DNA of 5,061 bases from a virus. The stretch spans positions 1-5,061 of the IMG/VR virus record IMGVR_UViG_3300029539_000104; one strand, written 5' to 3'. Shown piece by piece: positions 1 to 3,947 of the stretch (its first letter is position 1; the number at the start of each line of letters is the position of its first letter). Both the position numbers and the translations under genes were made by a program. A model generated the notes under the pieces. That model worked only from the letters and a program-made list of their open reading frames with translations. It was not told the DNA's origin and ran no database searches.

Positions 1-79
1 CTGAGTCTTCGCGCATTGCCGTTGAGGAGTTCCGAGAAGTTGCTGAAGACCCCTCTCCTTTTAGTGACGATGGGTTTGA
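1..79. repeat. Exact 79-nt terminal redundancy with 4983..5061. This is a circular-genome wrap-around or a tandem unit junction, with a unit length of 4,982 bp.
   Basis: Direct comparison of the two ends of the window shows that they are identical. Confidence 0.9.
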
Positions 80-98
80 TGATATATCTTTATTCTGA
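1..98 (+). CDS. C-terminal end of the Rep ORF. It is the continuation of 3944..5061 across the circular junction, with the stop codon TGA at 96-98.
   Basis: Positions 1-79 are identical to 4983-5061. The reading frame (codons starting at 3, 6, ...) continues the Rep frame and reaches TGA at 96-98. Confidence 0.7.
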   Translation, partial: ESSRIAVEEFREVAEDPSPFSDDGFDDISLF

Positions 99-116
99 TG
101 AAAGGATGGTCACTCA

Positions 117-359
117 ATGAAAGTTACTGTAGTTGGTAAGTCCCGCCGCGCTGGTACTTCTAAACAGGGTAAAGACTATGATTTTACCACTCTCATGGCC
201 GAATATTCGATGCGTGCAAACGATGACAATGACGGTGTGCAGGTTGATAGAATCAATGTCGACGCTCGCATGATGCCTTATGCGCTCATTGTCGTTGGCG
301 CTACGTATGATCTCGACTTTGATCGCAACGGTTATCTTCTCGGAATTGAGGAAGTCTAA
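117..359 (+). CDS. ssDNA-binding protein, filamentous-phage gene V (gpV)-like, 80 aa.
   Basis: Its size of 80 aa is close to the 87 aa of M13 gV. It has an N-terminal motif MKVTVV...AGTSKQGKDY, which resembles M13 gV MIKVEIK...SGVSRQGKPY (recalled, not searched). An AAAGGA Shine-Dalgarno (SD) lies 10 nt upstream. It sits immediately downstream of rep, as in Ff phages. Confidence 0.6.
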   Translation: MKVTVVGKSRRAGTSKQGKDYDFTTLMAEYSMRANDDNDGVQVDRINVDARMMPYALIVVGATYDLDFDRNGYLLGIEEV

Positions 360-395
360 CTTCCTTTGTTCAAACCCAAATTTCATTTCCTATGG

Positions 396-415
396 GAGAG
401 CGGTTCGCCGCTCTC
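396..415 (+). promoter_or_regulatory. Perfect 8-bp hairpin gagagcgg-UUCG-ccgctctc (UUCG tetraloop), 4 nt upstream of the tRNA-like gene.
   Basis: The arm 396-403 is the exact reverse complement of 408-415, and the loop ttcg is at 404-407. No T-run follows it. Confidence 0.6.
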
Positions 416-419
416 ACAT

Positions 420-493
420 GGCGGGGTAGTGCAATGGTCGCATGTCACTCTCTGAAGGTGAAGCTGCTGGTTCGAATCCAGACCCCGCAACCA
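420..493 (+). tRNA. tRNA-like gene with anticodon CUG (Gln), 74 nt including an encoded CCA.
   Basis: Manual cloverleaf, arm by arm:
- Acceptor stem: 420-426 pairs with 483-489, giving 6 bp plus a G1:A72 mismatch.
- U8 is present.
- D-stem: 429-432 pairs with 440-443.
- D-loop: AATGGTC, which contains G18 and G19.
- Anticodon stem: 445-449 pairs with 457-461.
- Anticodon loop: cuCUGaa, with U33 and a purine at position 37.
- Variable loop: 4 nt.
- T-arm: GCTGG-TTCGAAT-CCAGA, i.e. the canonical GGTTCGAATCC.
- Discriminator: A490.
- CCA: 491-493.
The 3' half resembles bacterial tRNA-Gln. Confidence 0.6.
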
Positions 494-494
494 A

Positions 495-513
495 AACGGA
501 CTTGACCTCCGTT
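495..513 (+). other. Small hairpin aacgga-cttgacc-tccgtt immediately 3' of the tRNA. It could be a weak terminator or a processing element.
   Basis: 6-bp perfect stem with 495-500 paired to 508-513 and a 7-nt loop. It is followed by the U-containing tract attcgatttcg. Confidence 0.35.
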
Positions 514-541
514 ATTCGATTTCGCGAAAGGTGGTGGCGAA

Positions 542-1708
542 GTGTATAAGGTTGCGAAGCGCTTCGTCGCCCTTCTCGCGGCTCTGATGGTTTCTCTTTC
601 TTTGTGTACTCCTTGTTTTGCTGGATTCGAAACTGAAGCTGATATGCCATCTTTGGATGATTTCTATAGTCATCATGGTTCGTGGTATGTTTGGCGTAGT
701 GCTACTATTTCTGGCTTCTCTTATTATGAGTTGCTTTGCTCTCCTATCTCTGTTTCTGGCACTTCTTATTCTCTTCCTTATTCGGTTTCTTATTCCACTA
801 ATGCGTGTGATGTATCTTATTTAGCTAATGATTCTGGCAAATCTTATGATTATGCTTGCGCTTTTCCTCTTCCTCTTCGTGGTGCTTCTGGTTATTGGTA
901 TGAACTTCCCTCTTTCCCTATTGGTTCGGGGCTGAAGCTTGATACATGCTCTGTACGTGTTTATTCTACCGCTGCTCAACCTTCTGGAACTTATGGCTTT
1001 TTAACTTCTTCTTTTAGCCGTTCAGACCGTATTCTTTCTTTCGGTAATACTTACGGTTCTTCTTATGGCTCTTCTACTGATACTTTAGATTCGTTTACTT
1101 TTTCATCTCCTTTTTATTCATATCCTTTTGCAATTCGTGAAACTACTTCTTCTTCTGCAAGTGGTTATGTTTTACAGGGTGGTGACAATAATTTTATTAT
1201 TCCTTCGCCTGACTATTCAAGTACCCGTGCTTTGAATCTTGGTGTTACTCGTTATCTCCGTGGCACTAATTCTTTTGTCCCTTATCCGTCTGGATACACT
1301 ATCCCATCTTCTGATATTGGCTTTGTCTTTGTGAAGCAACCTTCTTCTTCTCCTGTTTATTCTGCTTCTGCTTTTGATACTACCGGTTCTTTTGCTTTTT
1401 CTCTTCTTGTTCCCTCTTCTCGTTTGACTGATGTTAAGCTTGGTGACTGGCTTTCCGATTCTCCGGAGGATTTACAAGATGTCATTACTAACGAGTTTGG
1501 CGTTGATTCTGATACCATTAAAGACTCCAAAGATAACTTGAATTCTTGGAATTCTGCTTCCTCTGTCGATTCTGATATTGCTTCCGGTGCTTCTGGTCTT
1601 CTCGGCGGTCTTTTTCAGAATTTAGGCACGTTTCTCTTTTCTGTTTCTCTCCTTTGCTTCGGTGCTGTTGTTCTCCGAATGCTCATTAGAAAGGCGGTTG
1701 ACGGATGA
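542..1708 (+). CDS. pIII-like minor coat / adsorption (receptor-binding) protein, 388 aa, with a GTG start.
   Basis: - The N-terminus MYKVAKRFVALLAALMVSLSLCTPCFA-G is a signal peptide.
- The body is extremely rich in Ser/Tyr/Thr/Gly, of low complexity, and has Cys pairs.
- The C-terminus has a hydrophobic anchor LLGGLFQNLGTFLFSVSLLCFGAVVL followed by RMLIRK.
- An SD aaaggtgg lies upstream of GTG 542.
- This architecture and this position (first of the virion gene block) match pIII of inoviruses. Confidence 0.6.
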   Translation: MYKVAKRFVALLAALMVSLSLCTPCFAGFETEADMPSLDDFYSHHGSWYVWRSATISGFSYYELLCSPISVSGTSYSLPYSVSYSTNACDVSYLANDSGKSYDYACAFPLPLRGASGYWYELPSFPIGSGLKLDTCSVRVYSTAAQPSGTYGFLTSSFSRSDRILSFGNTYGSSYGSSTDTLDSFTFSSPFYSYPFAIRETTSSSASGYVLQGGDNNFIIPSPDYSSTRALNLGVTRYLRGTNSFVPYPSGYTIPSSDIGFVFVKQPSSSPVYSASAFDTTGSFAFSLLVPSSRLTDVKLGDWLSDSPEDLQDVITNEFGVDSDTIKDSKDNLNSWNSASSVDSDIASGASGLLGGLFQNLGTFLFSVSLLCFGAVVLRMLIRKAVDG

Positions 1709-1836
1709 CTTTTCTTGACTTTTTCAAATCAGTTTTCGGCCTTTTCGGTTCTGGTGGTGCTCTCGTCATTGCCGTTGTCGTTTTCCTTGTCGGCCTTGGT
1801 ATTTATAAGTTTGTAAAGGATTGGTTGCCATGGTAG
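1705..1836 (+). CDS. Small virion/membrane protein, 43 aa, a coat-protein candidate: MTFLDFFKSVFGLFGSGGALVIAVVVFLVGLGIYKFVKDWLPW.
   Basis: ATGA overlap with the pIII stop (ATG 1705-1707, TGA 1706-1708). An SD gaaagg lies 10 nt upstream. It has a single TM helix with a basic C-terminus, like signal-less inovirus coat proteins such as Pf3 (44 aa). Confidence 0.5.
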   Translation: MTFLDFFKSVFGLFGSGGALVIAVVVFLVGLGIYKFVKDWLPW

Positions 1837-1997
1837 ATTTTGTTTCGACTCTTGGTGTTGTGACATCGTTTATTGCTAATGTTCTTAACCTTTCTTTTTT
1901 CGGTTTCGGCACTTTTGGAACAGTTGTCCTTATCTTTCTTCTGCTTTCGCTTGTTGGTTTTGTTCTTCGTGGCCTTTGGGATGGAGGTGATAAATAA
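1830..1997 (+). CDS. Small two-TM membrane protein, 55 aa, a minor virion protein candidate analogous to pVI/pVII/pIX.
   Basis: ATG 1830 overlaps the stop TAG 1834-1836 of the previous ORF (ccATGGTAG). An SD aaagga lies 10 nt upstream. It has two hydrophobic segments. It ends in TAA 1995-1997, which shares one base with the next ATG. Confidence 0.45.
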   Translation: MVDFVSTLGVVTSFIANVLNLSFFGFGTFGTVVLIFLLLSLVGFVLRGLWDGGDK

Positions 1998-2608
1998 TGG
2001 AAGTTCCTGCTATCATCAAAACTTGGGTTGATTCTGACGGTGTTACTGTCTACACAGTGCAGTATAAAGACGGTAGTTCTTGCGATATGACTGTTCAGCA
2101 GTATGACTATCTCAAGGCATCCGCGCAGGCTGTCACCGATATGGACGCTAAAGCCGCCGCCGAATCTCCCTCGGATGCTGCTTCTGCTCCTGAGCAACCC
2201 GCGCAGAATATTACCGAATCTCCAGACCTCCGCGACGGCTATGTGCCTCATGAGGGTGATTTACCTTTCGAAGGGAGCTTAACTGCTTATGATGACCGCG
2301 CTGCAGATACTCCGGCTCTGTATGCTAATCTCCCTAACGTCTCTAATAGTTTCACTGCTATTATGGATTGGTTCGGAGATACTTTTTTTATCGAACGTAC
2401 TGAAACGGTGCATAAGTCCGGATATACGTCCGAAAGGTATTCCTATAACAGTTCGACTCAACTCATTCAGCTTCCTTATGAGGAAGATTCCACTACTACG
2501 TCTCAGGTTCTCAACCCGCAAGCTTGCGTTTCTGCTTTGCTTGTTGTCCTTGTCTTCATTACTACTGTTACTTGGATTAAAAACGCGATTTGGGGGCGCA
2601 TGAGCTGA
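1997..2608 (+). CDS. Hypothetical 203-aa protein with a C-terminal TM anchor and an Ala/Ser/Pro/Glu-rich linker. No family was recognised.
   Basis: A strong SD ggaggtga lies 6 nt upstream of ATG 1997. The protein has no signal peptide. Its C-terminus ALLVVLVFITTVTWIKNAIW is hydrophobic. The central segment (about 2140-2290) uses GC-ending codons, unlike the rest of the genome. Confidence 0.55.
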   Translation: MEVPAIIKTWVDSDGVTVYTVQYKDGSSCDMTVQQYDYLKASAQAVTDMDAKAAAESPSDAASAPEQPAQNITESPDLRDGYVPHEGDLPFEGSLTAYDDRAADTPALYANLPNVSNSFTAIMDWFGDTFFIERTETVHKSGYTSERYSYNSSTQLIQLPYEEDSTTTSQVLNPQACVSALLVVLVFITTVTWIKNAIWGRMS

Positions 2609-2721
2609 TGGAAATTCTTCCTTTACAGTATTGTTTCGGTATCTTCTCTATCCCCGAAATTGGCTATTTCATTATCTTCGCTGCTGTTTTCTCTATGTTG
2701 GTTCTCCTGCTCCGTCCGTGA
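2608..2721 (+). CDS. Small single-TM protein, 37 aa: MEILPLQYCFGIFSIPEIGYFIIFAAVFSMLVLLLRP.
   Basis: TGATG overlap with the previous stop (TGA 2606-2608, ATG 2608-2610). It is hydrophobic and of pVII/pIX-like size. Confidence 0.4.
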   Translation: MEILPLQYCFGIFSIPEIGYFIIFAAVFSMLVLLLRP

Positions 2722-2823
2722 CAGGTGCCATAAATATTTTTTATGAAAGGATGATGACTTCAGGGCACTACTGCTTCTATTCTCGCTACGCTGCTTTCCT
2801 TGGTCGGTGAGTTCTTCACTTCG

Positions 2824-2952
2824 ATGATTACTTGGATGGGTCAGCTCATTGACTTTTACGAGTCTCAGCCCATTCTCCTTGTCTTCGTGATTCTCACTAT
2901 CGCTGGCATCGTTCTCCGTGTCCTTCGCCGCTGGATTCCTGGCCGTAGTTAA
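2824..2952 (+). CDS. Candidate major coat protein (pVIII-like, class II, no signal peptide), 42 aa: MITWMGQLIDFYESQPILLVFVILTIAGIVLRVLRRWIPGRS.
   Basis: It has an acidic N-terminus (D, E), a hydrophobic core, and four Arg residues at the C-terminus, which is the typical major-coat charge layout. It is followed directly by the strongest terminator in the genome, as gVIII is in Ff. The start is uncertain: the SD is weak, and the frame is open upstream back to 2758 with no ATG. Confidence 0.45.
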   Translation: MITWMGQLIDFYESQPILLVFVILTIAGIVLRVLRRWIPGRS

Positions 2953-2966
2953 CCGCTGAGAGAAAA

Positions 2967-3008
2967 CGCCGCCGACCATTTTTAATGGTCGGCGACGTTT
3001 TCGCATTT
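2967..3008 (+). terminator. Rho-independent terminator after the virion-protein gene block.
   Basis: A GC-rich stem with 2967-2979 paired to 2985-2997 (10 contiguous bp, gccgccgaccat / atggtcggcgacg) and a 5-nt loop, followed by the T-rich tract TTTTCGCATTT. Confidence 0.65.
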
Positions 3009-3025
3009 AGAAAGGATTATATGTT

Positions 3026-3649
3026 ATGCTTTATGGTATTCTTATCTTTTGCATTTGCTGGCTTTTTGTTTATATCGATAACTATTGCAAAAACCCCTAC
3101 AAACTTGAGGCTGTTGTTGGTTCAAAAGGCTCTGGCAAGTCTCTGTATATGTCTCGTGTTGCTGATAAGTGGCTACGTGCTAATAAGGGGCTTATCTATA
3201 GTAATATGGGTATTGGTTACGAGTTAGAGCCGGAATACTGGAAACAGACCTTTATCCCTGATTCCCTTATTCTTATTGATGAAATAGGCGTTCTGCACTC
3301 TAATCGTGATTTTAAAACTATGCCCCGTGAAGCTGTTGAGTTTTTTAAAATGCAGCGTAAATATCATTTGACAATTATTGTATCGTCTCAGACCATGGAC
3401 TTTGATAAAAAGATACGTGACCTCTGTGACCGCATTTACCTCTGTAACCGCATTGGCTGGTTTTGTCGTCTCACTCCCTATCGCTCTTGTATCGCTATGG
3501 AACATCGCCCCGAGGGAGGGCAAGAACTCGTCAACACGGTGCGCAAGGCGGGGCGTGCAAGGTGGTATACTATCCCAAAGTCCGTGAAGCAGGTGAGCGC
3601 CTTAGAATACGATACAGAGCAGGTTATCAGCAAGACCACCCCGAAGTAA
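3026..3649 (+). CDS. Zot / pI-type phage assembly ATPase (P-loop NTPase), a minimal form of 207 aa.
   Basis: - Walker A: EAVVGSKGSGKS.
- Walker B: SLILIDE.
- The layout parallels M13 pI VYFVTGKLGSGKT...LLVLDE (recalled).
- It has an N-terminal hydrophobic segment ILIFCICWLFVYI.
- An SD aaagga lies 9 nt upstream.
- It has no long periplasmic C-terminal domain. Confidence 0.7.
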   Translation: MLYGILIFCICWLFVYIDNYCKNPYKLEAVVGSKGSGKSLYMSRVADKWLRANKGLIYSNMGIGYELEPEYWKQTFIPDSLILIDEIGVLHSNRDFKTMPREAVEFFKMQRKYHLTIIVSSQTMDFDKKIRDLCDRIYLCNRIGWFCRLTPYRSCIAMEHRPEGGQELVNTVRKAGRARWYTIPKSVKQVSALEYDTEQVISKTTPK

Positions 3650-3700
3650 AAAAAAGTTCTCCCCGTGCCCCCGTAGGGGGTCAGGGGAGTTCTTTTTTTT
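3648..3700. terminator. Long compound hairpin with an A8 tract 5' and a T8 tract 3'. It is a bidirectional rho-independent terminator immediately after pI, and a candidate packaging-signal hairpin.
   Basis: Outer stem ctcccc 3659-3664 paired to ggggag 3684-3689. Inner stem ccccc 3668-3672 paired to ggggg 3676-3680, with a gta loop. A8 (3648-3655) pairs with T8 (3693-3700). In f1/M13 the packaging signal is a terminator-like hairpin just after the last gene. Confidence 0.6.
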
Positions 3701-3759
3701 ACCGGAGCATTCCCGCCGTCTTGTCACGCGATAGCGTCTCCACCGCGTCCCCCGTCCCC

Positions 3760-3778
3760 GCAAGGGCAAAGCCCTTGC
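3760..3778. other. Intergenic hairpin gcaagggc-aaa-gcccttgc, a candidate minus-strand origin element.
   Basis: 8-bp perfect stem with 3760-3767 paired to 3771-3778 and a triloop. It lies in the GC-rich intergenic region. Confidence 0.4.
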
Positions 3779-3819
3779 CCTTCCAAAACAGGCTGGCAGG
3801 GGCTTCCGATATGTAGTGA

Positions 3820-3837
3820 CTGCCGTGACGGCGGCAG
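3820..3837. other. Intergenic hairpin ctgccg-tgacgg-cggcag.
   Basis: 6-bp perfect stem with a 6-nt loop. Confidence 0.4.
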
Positions 3838-3839
3838 CC

Positions 3840-3880
3840 GGTGGGCGTGCGTGTAATACGCCCACCTTTTTAATATTTTC
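3840..3880 (+). other. Hairpin ggtgggcgt-GCGTGTAAT-acgcccacc followed by TTTTTAATATTTTC. It is a terminator-like element and a candidate plus-strand origin (dso) nick region for the Rep_trans Rep.
   Basis: 9-bp perfect stem with 3840-3848 paired to 3858-3866. The loop contains GTGTAATA. pT181 RepC nicks in the loop of its IR-II hairpin at CTCT/AATA (recalled). A T-run follows the stem. Confidence 0.4.
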
Positions 3881-3882
3881 TC

Positions 3883-3911
3883 TTGACAACTTCTTCATAT
3901 TGTGGTAACAT
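3883..3911 (+). promoter_or_regulatory. sigma70-type promoter for rep: -35 TTGACA, a 17-nt spacer, and an extended -10 TGgTAACAT.
   Basis: TTGACA at 3883-3888. TG at 3902-3903. TAACAT at 3906-3911. The predicted TSS is about 3918-3920. An SD aaaggtgg at 3927-3934 precedes ATG 3944. Confidence 0.6.
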
Positions 3912-3917
3912 TTAGCC

Positions 3918-3947
3918 ATGGAAATGAAAGGTGGTTTTCTCACATGA
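3918..3947 (+). CDS. Nine-codon uORF (MEMKGGFLT) whose stop overlaps the rep start (ATGA).
   Basis: ATG 3918. TGA 3945-3947, which overlaps rep ATG 3944-3946. It contains the rep SD. It could be a leader or coupling ORF, or meaningless. Confidence 0.2.
   Translation: MEMKGGFLT

Noticed and set aside
114-386. Minus-strand 90-aa ORF antisense to the gene-V-like CDS.
   Set aside because: It is fully antisense to a well-supported + strand gene. It has no SD. Its composition is as expected for the complement of T-rich codons.
392-508. 38-aa + strand ORF (MGERFAALTWRGSAMVACHSLKVKLLVRIQTPQPKRT) overlapping the hairpin and the tRNA.
   Set aside because: The sequence is better explained by RNA structure (a perfect UUCG hairpin plus a cloverleaf). 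It has no SD, and the peptide is not hydrophobic or virion-like.
1766-2251. Minus-strand 161-aa Arg/Lys-rich ORF.
   Set aside because: It is antisense to the coupled virion-gene block. It is low complexity and basic because it is the complement of T-rich sense codons. Inovirus genomes are transcribed from one strand.
2289-2603. 104-aa very hydrophobic ORF in an alternative frame inside the 203-aa gene (also 618..824 inside pIII, 2985..3227 overlapping the pI N-terminus, and 4380..4718 and 3954..4208 inside rep).
   Set aside because: Leu/Phe/Ser-rich frames arise automatically from shifting a T-ending codon frame. None has an SD. Some use the ATG at 3021, only 4 nt from the SD. A phiX-E-like overlapping lysis gene was considered, but inoviruses do not lyse.
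2623-3006. Minus-strand 127-aa highly charged ORF spanning the small-protein region and the terminator.
   Set aside because: It would start inside the terminator hairpin. It is a low-complexity E/R/S/N-rich product of antisense T-rich sequence and has no recognisable HTH or repressor features.
3011-3032. gattatatgttatgctttatgg was checked as a possible dif/XerCD-like attP core.
   Set aside because: It has only a loose resemblance to the TATATTATGTTAAAT part of dif and there are no paired inverted arms. It is the SD/start region of pI.
3378-3816. + strand ORFs 3378..3587 and 3463..3816 overlapping the pI 3' region and the intergenic region.
   Set aside because: They are alternative frames of GC-rich sequence with no SD. 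One runs through the terminator and packaging-signal hairpins.
3602-3943. Minus-strand 113-aa Arg-rich ORF (GTG start) divergent from rep, considered as an rstR-like repressor.
   Set aside because: It overlaps the rep promoter and every structured intergenic hairpin, and the 3' end of pI. Its Arg/Pro/Gly richness is explained by the GC-rich palindromes. No HTH-like segment was seen. A weak possibility is kept under the intergenic-region finding only.
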